Shown here in pieces: positions 7,554-14,685 of a stretch of 32,000 bases of DNA; the first letter of the stretch is position 1, and each line of letters opens with the position of its first letter. The notes beneath the pieces were generated by a model. It did no database searches and was not told where the DNA came from. It saw only the letters and a list, made by a program, of their open reading frames with translations. The DNA comes from Halomicrobium mukohataei DSM 12286. GTDB lineage: Archaea; Halobacteriota; Halobacteria; Halobacteriales; Haloarculaceae. A program made the position numbers and the translations under genes. The stretch is taken from positions 1,290,001 to 1,322,000 of the forward strand of contig NC_013202.1 in assembly GCF_000023965.1 (NCBI RefSeq), read 5' to 3'.

Positions 7554-8735
7554 CTACTCTACTCGTTCCCACGGCCCCCACTGGGAGCTACCGGGTTCGT
7601 CACCCTGAGTCCACCAGTTGGCTTCCCACGTTTCGCCGTCATAGCTCACCTGATCTCCACTTGTGTAGGCCGTACTCGAATTCCACTTGGGCACGTCCGG
7701 CTGATCGGGTGTGTCGGGCTGATCTGGCGTGTCAGTTGGCGTGTCGGGCTGATCTGGCGTGTCATCGCCTGAGACCTGCTCCCAGGGACCCCACTCGGAG
7801 GAACCGGGTTCGTCACCCTGCGTCCACCAGTTGGCCTCCCACGTTTTGCCGTTGTAGGTCACCTGGTCGCCGCTCGTGTACGTGGCTCCGGAGTCCCACG
7901 CGGGCACGTCCGGCTGATCTGGCGTGTCGGGCTGATCTGGCGTGTCAGTTGGCGTGTCGGGCTGATCTGGCGTGTCAGTTGGCGTGTCGGGCTGATCTGG
8001 CGTGTCAGTTGGCGTGTCGGGCTGATCTGGCGTATCATCGTTGCCATCATCAGCGCCGGCAATGTCAACATAGGAGCACGAATAGAACGCTTCTGGCGAA
8101 TCGGATCGCTGCCAGACCATGTAGATGACGTGTTCCTTGTTATCGCGGTCGGGGACGTCCACACCACTGATCTCCGTCGTTTCAGTGGGACTCATTGGAC
8201 CCGTTTCGTGGATCTGTTCTAGGTCGTCCCACGCAAGCGCGGTGTCTGGATTCCATCCATCCTTGGTCATGTAGAACCTGAAGTACTCGGCTTCGTGTGG
8301 CGCGGTCAGATCGAGAGTAAACGTCTGCGTACCGGGCTCGATCGTCGTCGAAGGCCAGTCTCCAGGCTCATCGTACGGAGCGTATCTTTCGCTTCCGGCA
8401 CTACAGAGTTCACCGTCATCGATGTTCTCCTGGTGATCGCCGCCCGCATCACCGTCGCGAATTCCCTGCCAGTTGTAGATTGCCTGTCCGCTCTGCTCGC
8501 GTGCAAACTCACACATCTCGTTTGTCTCTCCCTCATTCTTGACCTCCTCGTAACAGGCCAACCCCTGGCCAATTGGATCCGACGGTGCTCCATGGGCGGC
8601 GGCCGTCTGTACCGCAACGAGGCCGAGAACCGTCAAAAAGAGGATCAGTACCCCCGTCTTTGCGACACGTGACTTGGTGACACGTGGTAGGCTACTCCCC
8701 GCAACTCGTTTGTGTATTACCGGATCTTCCCCCAT
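7554..8735 (-). CDS. Secreted AA10 lytic polysaccharide monooxygenase with two C-terminal CBM5/12 carbohydrate-binding modules
   Basis: 393 aa. A signal peptide ends ...VQTAAA|HG, exposing the N-terminal His of the copper histidine brace. The catalytic domain has AA10 hallmarks: IYNW, DGELCSAG, second His in TAPHEAEYFRFYMTKDGWNPD..LAWDDLEQI, and WQRSDSPEAFYSCSYVDI, close to the actinobacterial CelS2-type pattern. Two (PDQPDTPTDT)n linkers each precede a CBM5/12-like module (AWDSGATYTSGDQVTYNGKTWEANWWTQGDEPGSSEWGPWEQV and KWNSSTAYTSGDQVSYDGETWEANWWTQGDEPGSSQWGPWERV). Confidence 0.9.
   Translation of the reverse strand: MGEDPVIHKRVAGSSLPRVTKSRVAKTGVLILFLTVLGLVAVQTAAAHGAPSDPIGQGLACYEEVKNEGETNEMCEFAREQSGQAIYNWQGIRDGDAGGDHQENIDDGELCSAGSERYAPYDEPGDWPSTTIEPGTQTFTLDLTAPHEAEYFRFYMTKDGWNPDTALAWDDLEQIHETGPMSPTETTEISGVDVPDRDNKEHVIYMVWQRSDSPEAFYSCSYVDIAGADDGNDDTPDQPDTPTDTPDQPDTPTDTPDQPDTPTDTPDQPDTPDQPDVPAWDSGATYTSGDQVTYNGKTWEANWWTQGDEPGSSEWGPWEQVSGDDTPDQPDTPTDTPDQPDTPDQPDVPKWNSSTAYTSGDQVSYDGETWEANWWTQGDEPGSSQWGPWERVE
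7695..7766 (-). repeat. Coding tandem repeat (second PDQPDTPTDT linker)
   Basis: Repeated GGCTGATCTGGCGTGTCAGTTGGCGTGTCG-type units encode the Pro/Asp/Thr linker between the two CBM5/12 modules. Confidence 0.9.
7908..8039 (-). repeat. Coding tandem repeat, 30-nt period, about 4 copies (first PDQPDTPTDT linker)
   Basis: GCTGATCTGG recurs at 7931, 7961, 7991 and 8021 (exact 30-nt period), with an 18-nt half unit at 7913. Encodes TPDQPDTPTDTPDQPDTPTDT... between the catalytic domain and the first CBM. Confidence 0.95.
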
Positions 8736-8764
8736 TGTTGATCCATTCTTCGTTGCGTTAGGAC

Positions 8765-8779
8765 TATATATATAATTTT
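8765..8779 (-). promoter_or_regulatory. AT-rich TATA region upstream of the LPMO gene
   Basis: TATATATATAATTTT lies 30-44 nt upstream of the ATG at 8735. It is the only strongly AT-rich tract in this intergenic region. Confidence 0.4.
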
Positions 8780-9211
8780 CGTCAAGGACCTAAAACAAAG
8801 ATGGGCTATTCGTTTCAAATTTTGCTCAATAGTGTGTCACTATCGGTCGTATGGCCCCACCCTCGGCGTTTTGTCGGGTCCCACGTCGCGTGGGTGGCAA
8901 ACCCCGTCCCCTCTGAGTCTCCGCTGACTTTTCGCCAGACCCGTTCTCTAGGTCGTTTGGCGTTCTCTGTCCGAACGTTGCGACGAGCTATCGTCGCTGG
9001 TTGTTACGACCTCTCTCAGAGGGTAGCAGACGCGATTCTCTGACGTTCACGTCTTTCTCGAAATGTGTGGACGGAAAGCTGGCCTCGGCACTCATAGGGT
9101 TCGTCACTGCGCGGTGGTCATCCACACTCGGAACCGCAATCGCTCGTCATCGGCCACTCGATCGTAGTGAGTCCCCGACAAAGACGGTTGCTCATCGCGG
9201 ACGGGCCGACG

Positions 9212-9646
9212 GGTAGTGTTCAGATAAGCGACTGCGATTGCTGAGCTGCAGACACCGAAAGCCCTCGGCCCGCTAGCTCGATCTGTGGCGGATATTCTCC
9301 CTTCGGTCGAATAGTGCCGCCGCAGATCGAGCTACCGAGCCTCGCCCTTCCATCCGCCAGGTTTCGGCTGGCACACAGTCTGAACCCTGGTGGATGAAAG
9401 GGCGAGTGCAGTTGCGGGAACCCCGACGAAGTCTGCTCACGGGCGCAAAGCGCCCGTTCGCACGGCCAGAGGGACTCGGAGAGTCCCTCTCGGCAAGCAC
9501 GCGAAGCGCGCGCAGCGAGTTCTTCGCGAACGAAGTGAGCGAAGGCCAGCGAGAGCCTGTGGCTCTCGCGAGGCGCGGGACCGCAACTGCACGAGGGCTT
9601 TCGGTGCTTCAGACTACCTGCCCCGATCTCTTATCTGAACACCACC
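9212..9646. mobile_element. IS6-type MITE (435 bp, non-coding) with 17-bp terminal inverted repeats and an 8-bp target-site duplication
   Basis: The left end GGTAGTGTTCAGATAAG (9212-9228) matches the reverse complement of the right end CTTATCTGAACACCACC (9630-9646) at 16/17. GGCCGACG directly flanks both ends (9204-9211 and 9647-9654), and 8-bp duplications are characteristic of IS6. Subterminal inverted repeats continue inward (CACCGAAAGCCCTCG 9253-9267 / CGAGGGCTTTCGGTG 9592-9606). No credible ORF inside. Confidence 0.8.
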
Positions 9647-9694
9647 GGCCGACGGGGGAGAAAGCCCATACCCCCGGCGCTCCCAGTGTGGTAT

Positions 9695-10246
9695 ATGAGC
9701 GAGCGCACCGACGACCTGACGATCGAGGAGGAGGCGGTCGACGAGGTCGGTGTGGGCGAGACGGACGCGTCGGTCGACGGCACAGACGAGGCCGGCGGAC
9801 TCGACGGCGGCTTCGACACGGAGACCGACTTCGGGACCGAGAGCGCTGAGACCGAAGTGGCCGAACCGGCCACGGACACGGGTGGGCTCCGCGGTCGCGC
9901 CGCCGACGCCTTCTCGGTCACGTCTTTCGCCCTCCAGCTCGTGGGCGCACTCGTGGGGACGTTCGTGGTCGGCGGGGCGCTCCCGCTGGGACCCCTGAGC
10001 GGCGTCGTCGGCGTCCTGGCGGTGCTGTTCGTACTGGGCGTGGTCTCGACCGAGGCACGGTACGCTGAGGCGGGCGCTGCCGGGGTACTGGTCGGCGTCC
10101 TGACGACCGTGCTGGGATCGATCACGCTCTCGGTCGTCTCCGGCGGACTCGTGCCGGTCGCGGGCGGCGTCGCCGGAGGGCTGGCCGCGCTGGTGGGCCA
10201 CTACGCCGGCCGTGATCTCCGCGAGGGGCTGACGCGGGACCTCTAG
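9695..10246 (+). CDS. Membrane protein with a long acidic N-terminal tail, function unknown
   Basis: The track ORF starts at GTG 9686, and the first ATG is at 9695 (MSERTDDLTIEEEAVDEVG...). About 75 D/E/T-rich residues are followed by Gly/Val/Leu-rich TM helices (FALQLVGALVGTFVVGGALPLGPLSGVVGVLAVLFVLGVV..). GC3-rich codons. Its stop shares the tetranucleotide CTAG (10243-10246) with the convergent regulator gene. Confidence 0.6.
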   Translation: MSERTDDLTIEEEAVDEVGVGETDASVDGTDEAGGLDGGFDTETDFGTESAETEVAEPATDTGGLRGRAADAFSVTSFALQLVGALVGTFVVGGALPLGPLSGVVGVLAVLFVLGVVSTEARYAEAGAAGVLVGVLTTVLGSITLSVVSGGLVPVAGGVAGGLAALVGHYAGRDLREGLTRDL

Positions 10247-10899
10247 TCGGCGAGTTGCCAGCCGTCGGCGTGGCGCTCGACGATGCCCTCCTCGGCGAGC
10301 CACGCCAGCGCGTCCTCGACGAGTTCCGGTGGGGCCTCGACCTCGCTGCTGATTCGCTCGACCGACTGGACACCGTTTGCGAGCGCACTGACGATCTCGG
10401 CGGAGAGGCGGCCGTCTTCCCGGCCGTCGTCGATGCGCTCGCTGATGCGCTCTCGGAGGTCGGTCACCTGTCCCTGGACCCAGCGCTGGGCCAGCGACAG
10501 CTCGTTTTCGAGCTGTTCGAGCCGCTCCAGGTCGCTGGCGAGTGACTGTAAGTCGTCGCCGTCGTCGTCGCCCACGTCGATGGTGAGGTGTCGACAGGAG
10601 CTCATGTCGAAGCCTCTGCGGGCCGGATACGCGCTCTTGGTCCCGAACTCGTAGGGCGAGACCCGGACTTCCAGCCGGAGGTTGCGGGCGATCGAGAAGT
10701 ACTTGCGCCGCTGGTCGTCGGTCCGGCTCTCGATGAGCCCCGCGTCTTCGAGCTTCTGAAGGTGGTCGATGACGGCTTTCGGGCTGACGCCGATGTACTC
10801 GCTGATCTCGGTCACGTAGCAGGGTTTGTGTGCTAACAGGCGCAAGATGCGACGACGGTTCGCGTTCCCGAGGAGATCGAGCAGCTCGGCGGAGTCCAT
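10243..10899 (-). CDS. ArsR-family winged-helix transcription regulator with coiled-coil and C-terminal wHTH-like extension
   Basis: 218 aa. LLDLLGNANRRRILRLLAHKPCYVTEISEYIGVSPKAVIDHLQKLEDAGLIESR is a typical ArsR/SmtB-type HTH. A central LERLEQLENELSLAQRW coiled coil and a C-terminal VERISSEVEAPPELVEDALAWLAEEGIVERH segment follow. Confidence 0.8.
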   Translation of the reverse strand: MDSAELLDLLGNANRRRILRLLAHKPCYVTEISEYIGVSPKAVIDHLQKLEDAGLIESRTDDQRRKYFSIARNLRLEVRVSPYEFGTKSAYPARRGFDMSSCRHLTIDVGDDDGDDLQSLASDLERLEQLENELSLAQRWVQGQVTDLRERISERIDDGREDGRLSAEIVSALANGVQSVERISSEVEAPPELVEDALAWLAEEGIVERHADGWQLAD

Positions 10900-10954
10900 T
10901 CACCCCGGGGTAGGCTACCAGTGGGGAAAAGGGTGTCCCCTCGCCCGATGGGGA

Positions 10955-12055
10955 TTACGGACCCTTTCCGGGAGCGTCGTCCGGCGGTTCTCCCGAGGAG
11001 CCGCCCCCGGACGGACCGTCGTCAGGTGGTCCATTCTCGGACGATCCGCCGCCGGAGTCGTCGCTGGGGCCGTCGCCGCTCGCCGACTCGCCGTCGCCCC
11101 GGTTCGAGTCGTCGCTCGTGCTCTGATCGGTGTCGTCCGTCGATCCCGCGTCGGACTCGGACGCTGTGGACTGGTCTGTCGTTTCGGAGCCGCCGTCCGC
11201 CGTCCCACCGTCGGACCCGTTTTGCACATCCCCGCGCCCAGGGTCTGTCGTCCCACCCCTGTCAGCGCCGTCGTTTCCCGTCCCGATCCCGTCTGGCGGT
11301 CCACCGCCGGGCCGGTCTCTCTCGGACGCCGGTCCGTCGCCCGCGGTCCCGTTAGCGGGCCCTCGATCGCCGGCTTCCGGCCCGCGCGTCGCGTTGGCGG
11401 CCGGTCCTCGCGTCGCGTTGTCGTCCGACGGCGGACCAGCCTCGTCTGGCGGTCCCTGTCCGTCGCCGATCGAGTCCGGTGGCCCGGCGCTTGCCGGTGG
11501 CCCCTGTCCGGTCGCGACACCGCGGGAGACGCCCGGTACGCCGCCCGTCGTGACGTTCCGGGCCTGTCCTCGGAGCCGTTCGATCCCCGCCGGGTCGACG
11601 CCCGCGACACGTGCTGCGGTCGCGGTGTCGTCGATGCTGTGCCGGAGCGCGTTGATCTCACCCGCGAGTCGGCTGGTCCGGACCAGATACTCGGTTTCGT
11701 CGATCGAGCGGTTCTCGTAGCGCTCTGTGAGCGTCCGGTTGCGCTCCTGGAGGCGCTGGAGTCGCCGCTCGATCTCGCTCGTCCTGTCGGTCGCCAGCCG
11801 CGCCTGCTCGGACTCGTTTGCCCGTTCGAAGCCGGCGGCCCACATCCCCGACTCGACCGTGTCGTTGGTCTCGGCGGCGCTGGCCTGCATGAAGGCCGTC
11901 AGCTGTGCCCCCATGTCCGCCTCGGTCCCGTTCTCGGCTGTCTCGTTGGTGGCCTGCGCGTTCGCCCCGCTCGCCGGAAGCGCCGCCACGCCGACGGCGA
12001 CGACCGCGAGGACGACGACGAATGTGGCCTGCCGACTGTTCATGTCCACCTGCAT
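10955..12055 (-). CDS. Secreted protein: helical N-domain plus long Gly/Pro/Asp/Ser low-complexity tail
   Basis: 366 aa. The signal/TM segment ATFVVVLAVVAVGVAALPASGANA is followed by a helical region (RLQRLQERNRTLTERYENRSIDETEYLVRTSRLAGEINALRHSI). About 200 aa of GPP/DGG/SDD low complexity then follow. The start may be the second ATG at 12043 (MNSRQ..), which sits about 31 nt from a T-rich box at 12069-12081. Lies 55 nt upstream of the ArsR-type gene, so likely co-transcribed. Confidence 0.65.
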   Translation of the reverse strand: MQVDMNSRQATFVVVLAVVAVGVAALPASGANAQATNETAENGTEADMGAQLTAFMQASAAETNDTVESGMWAAGFERANESEQARLATDRTSEIERRLQRLQERNRTLTERYENRSIDETEYLVRTSRLAGEINALRHSIDDTATAARVAGVDPAGIERLRGQARNVTTGGVPGVSRGVATGQGPPASAGPPDSIGDGQGPPDEAGPPSDDNATRGPAANATRGPEAGDRGPANGTAGDGPASERDRPGGGPPDGIGTGNDGADRGGTTDPGRGDVQNGSDGGTADGGSETTDQSTASESDAGSTDDTDQSTSDDSNRGDGESASGDGPSDDSGGGSSENGPPDDGPSGGGSSGEPPDDAPGKGP

Positions 12056-12292
12056 GTGGTCGGGAGTGCATAAAAAACGATACTCACTGTTCGCACTGTT
12101 CAGCGCGCGCAGGCGTCGGCTATGAACCGTTTACGCTGCTGTTTGAACGCCGCTGCGGCGTCGAGAGCGTTCATTCGGCCCCGTCGAGCGGTGCGACCCG
12201 CTATCGCCGCCCGATCGAGCGCGCGAGGGCGGTCTGGCGGACGACGCGGCCAGCGGCGTGGTTGCCCGTCGTGATACCGTTCACGGCGAGGG

Positions 12293-12299
12293 TTTATAT
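12293..12299 (+). promoter_or_regulatory. TATA box (TTTATAT) flanked by an 8-bp inverted repeat
   Basis: TTTATAT is centred about 34 nt upstream of ATG 12330. GTGATACC (12271-12278) and GGTATCAC (12303-12310) bracket it. Confidence 0.45.
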
Positions 12300-12329
12300 C
12301 ATGGTATCACATACCACGAAACGTACTGT

Positions 12330-12674
12330 ATGTTCGAACGATTCTCGCGTGGCTACTATCTGGGGCGACTGTACGTCGAGCCCAGTGCGGACGACTCGCC
12401 GGCCATGTGCCGCGAGCAACACGAGCGGGTCAACCGACAGCTGTACACCGACGGCGAGGGCATAGAGCGGACAGACCGTCCGCTCGTCGTCAAGCTCGGC
12501 ACCCGTCACCTCGCGGTCGAGGGCGACGAGACGGTGCCCGCCGACACGCTCGCCGTGCCGGAAGACGTGCTCGCCGAGGTCGACGTGGCAAACCCACCGA
12601 CGCTCCAGGAGGTCCTGCTCGCGAAGGCCGACCGGGCTCGACAGCTCCTCTCGATGACCGGGACCGCGTTCTGA
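12330..12674 (+). CDS. Conserved haloarchaeal hypothetical protein (DUF5802-like by memory)
   Basis: The track ORF begins at 12258, but the TATA box at 12293 lies inside that extension. The ATG at 12330 gives MFERFSRGYYLGRLYVEPSADDSPAMCREQHERVNRQLYTDGEG..., an N-terminus I recall as conserved in Halobacteria. Family name not verifiable here. Confidence 0.6.
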   Translation: MFERFSRGYYLGRLYVEPSADDSPAMCREQHERVNRQLYTDGEGIERTDRPLVVKLGTRHLAVEGDETVPADTLAVPEDVLAEVDVANPPTLQEVLLAKADRARQLLSMTGTAF

Positions 12675-12726
12675 GCGTTGGACGCGGTGTGAACGTTTAT
12701 ACGTCAGGCCGTTCCGGTCTCAGTCG

Positions 12727-13620
12727 ATGCTCGAAGAGCTGTTCGGCCGGCGATCGCTGAAAGGGCGCATCGAGGAGCTAGAGGAGGAGAAACGCCACCT
12801 CCAGCGCCAGCTCGACGCCGAGCAGGACCGCCGTGCAGACGCCGTCAGCGACCGCCAGGACGCCGAGGAGCGGGTCAACCGGCTCGAAGACCGCGTGACC
12901 GAGCTCGAAGACCGCGTCCAGCGCCAGCAAGGGAAATCCGGACGCGGCGAGTTCCGCCGTGAGGAGACGCTCTCGGGCGAGCGACTGGACGACGTCCTCG
13001 ATCGGCTCGACTCCGTCGAGACCGGTCCGGAGGGGGCACTGACCGCCTACGTCGCCGACGAACACGACCTCCCGGCCGCCGTCCGGGACGCGGTCGGCGA
13101 CGACGCCCCGCTCGTCCGACGGGCTGCTCCCTGCCTGCTCGTCGTCGACGACGCTGGTCTCGTCGGGACGACCCTCTCGACGCCCGTCTCGCCCGAACCG
13201 TTCGCCGAGTGGCGCGACGGGTTCGCGATCGATCACACGTGGTTCGAGCCGACGGGCGAGTACGCGGTCGCGCTCGTGCGCTCCGACCTGTTCGCGCTCG
13301 GCGAGTACGAGGGTCGGGATCGGACCGCCTTCCACGGCTTCGACTCCGAACTCAAGAGCCAGCACTCGAAGGGGGGCTTCTCGCAGGCGCGCTTCGAACG
13401 CCTCCGGGACGCCCAGATCGACTCCCACGTCGACCGCTGTCTGGCCGCCATCGAGGAGCGCGACGCCGAGCGCCTCTACGTCGTCGGCGAGCGCAGCCTG
13501 CTCCCGAAGTTCGCCGACCGAGCCGACGCGACCCAGCCCGTCGACGCGACCGGCGAGCCCGAGGCAGCGCTCGCAGACGCCGTCCACGAGTTCTGGCGCG
13601 TCCGGTTGCGGGTGCTGTGA
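12727..13620 (+). CDS. Vms1/ANKZF1-like (VLRF1-family) release-factor-fold protein with N-terminal coiled coil
   Basis: 297 aa. An N-terminal coiled coil (KGRIEELEEEKRHLQRQLDAEQDRR...RVNRLEDRVTELEDRVQ) is followed by an eRF1-like core containing HSKGGFSQARFERLR. That segment is a GG..Q-type loop in the position of the catalytic Gln loop of Vms1/VLRF1 proteins. TATA-like CGTTTATACG sits about 30 nt upstream. Confidence 0.6.
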   Translation: MLEELFGRRSLKGRIEELEEEKRHLQRQLDAEQDRRADAVSDRQDAEERVNRLEDRVTELEDRVQRQQGKSGRGEFRREETLSGERLDDVLDRLDSVETGPEGALTAYVADEHDLPAAVRDAVGDDAPLVRRAAPCLLVVDDAGLVGTTLSTPVSPEPFAEWRDGFAIDHTWFEPTGEYAVALVRSDLFALGEYEGRDRTAFHGFDSELKSQHSKGGFSQARFERLRDAQIDSHVDRCLAAIEERDAERLYVVGERSLLPKFADRADATQPVDATGEPEAALADAVHEFWRVRLRVL

Positions 13621-13671
13621 CCGTCGGCCGCCGGGCGAGGTTTTACTCGGTGGGCGTGCGAGGAACGACCT

Positions 13672-14685
13672 ATGGACATCGCACTGCTCGCTCACGGACA
13701 GTTCCCCGGCCGGGCGAAGACGGCCGTGGGCGTGTTGCGCTACGGCGATCAGAACGTGCGGGCGGTGATCGACCGCGACACCGCTGGCGACCGCGTGAAC
13801 GACCACGTGGCGGAGGTGCAGGACGCGCCGATCGTCGAGAGCATGGACGACGTGCCGGCGGTCGACGCGCTGGTGATCGGGATCGCACCGATCGGCGGCG
13901 GGTTCGTCGAGTCGTGGCGGCCGGACGTTCGGACGGCGATCGAACGCGGCTGTGACGTGATCGCCGGGCTCCACACCTTTCTGGCCGACGACCCGGAGTT
14001 TTCGACGCTGGCCGAACAGCACGACTGCGAACTCCGGGATCTGCGCGACCCGCCCGAGGACCTCTCCGTCGCCGACGGGACCGCCGGAGCGGTCGACGCC
14101 GACGTGGTCCTGACCGTCGGCACCGACTGCTCGTCGGGGAAGATGACCGCCAGCTACGAGCTTCGCGACGCCGCCAGGGCACGGGGGATCGACGCCGCAG
14201 TCGTCCCGACAGGACAGACCGGCGTCCTGATCGAAGGGTGGGGGATCGTCGTCGACCGAGTGATCGCCGACTTCGCCGCCGGTGCCGTCGAACGACTCGT
14301 CGAAACGGCGGCCGAGGACCACGACCTGTTGATCGTCGAGGGACAGGGGGCACTGGCACACCCAGCGTACTCGGGCGTGACGACGAGCATCCTCCACGGC
14401 GCGCGACCGGACCGGCTCGTGCTCTGTCACGTCGCGGGGCGGACCGCGGTCAACGGGTACGAGGACACCGCGATTCCGCCGGTCGCGGAGTACGCCAGCC
14501 TCTACGAGTCGGTCGCTGCCCCGGTCGCGGACGCGCCCGTCGTCGCCGGCACGCTCAACACGCAGTCGTTGCAGCCCGAGGCCGCCGATCGTGCGGTCTC
14601 GACGTACGCCGACGAGCTGGGCGTTCCCGCGACGGATCCGGTCCGGTTCGGCGTCGACGATGACCTCCTGGCGGTGGTGACGTGA
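13672..14685 (+). CDS. DUF1611-family protein (DgcN-like, putative D-glutamate N-acetyltransferase family)
   Basis: 337 aa. Has a Rossmann-like N-domain (LVIGIAPIGGGF) and a P-loop-like VLTVGTDCSSGKMT followed by VPTGQTG...LLIVEGQGAL.HPAYSGVT. This pattern is typical of DUF1611/COG3367. Its stop overlaps the next gene's GTG (GTGA, 14682-14685). Confidence 0.7.
   Translation: MDIALLAHGQFPGRAKTAVGVLRYGDQNVRAVIDRDTAGDRVNDHVAEVQDAPIVESMDDVPAVDALVIGIAPIGGGFVESWRPDVRTAIERGCDVIAGLHTFLADDPEFSTLAEQHDCELRDLRDPPEDLSVADGTAGAVDADVVLTVGTDCSSGKMTASYELRDAARARGIDAAVVPTGQTGVLIEGWGIVVDRVIADFAAGAVERLVETAAEDHDLLIVEGQGALAHPAYSGVTTSILHGARPDRLVLCHVAGRTAVNGYEDTAIPPVAEYASLYESVAAPVADAPVVAGTLNTQSLQPEAADRAVSTYADELGVPATDPVRFGVDDDLLAVVT

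Noticed and set aside
7276-7608. 110-aa plus-strand ORF and 132-aa minus-strand ORF (6920..7318) over the IS remnant.
   Set aside because: They span the decayed transposase region and the LPMO 3' end in the wrong frames. The only recognisable coding signal there is the frameshifted IS6 transposase fragment.
7908-8039. 30-nt-period tandem repeats considered as a possible CRISPR array or non-coding satellite.
   Set aside because: There are no unique spacers. The units are contiguous and in frame, encoding the PDQPDTPTDT linker of the LPMO.
8801-9216. Track ORFs 8801..9043(+) and 9001..9216(+) in the spacer between the LPMO promoter and the MITE.
   Set aside because: The products are basic and compositionally unlike the acidic proteome, with no recognisable motifs. 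The first merely starts next to the AT-rich LPMO promoter. Treated as non-coding island filler, although a degraded gene remnant cannot be excluded.
9250-9610. The highly structured ~360-nt segment considered as RNase P RNA or SRP (7S) RNA, because its 5' and 3' ends pair in a 15-bp helix.
   Set aside because: I could not find the universal RNase P blocks (GAGGAAAGUCC-like CR-I, ACAGAACCCGGCUUA-like CR-V) or an SRP helix-8 GGAA/AGCA-type motif on either strand. The segment is bounded by IS6-type inverted repeats and an 8-bp target duplication, so it is a MITE body.
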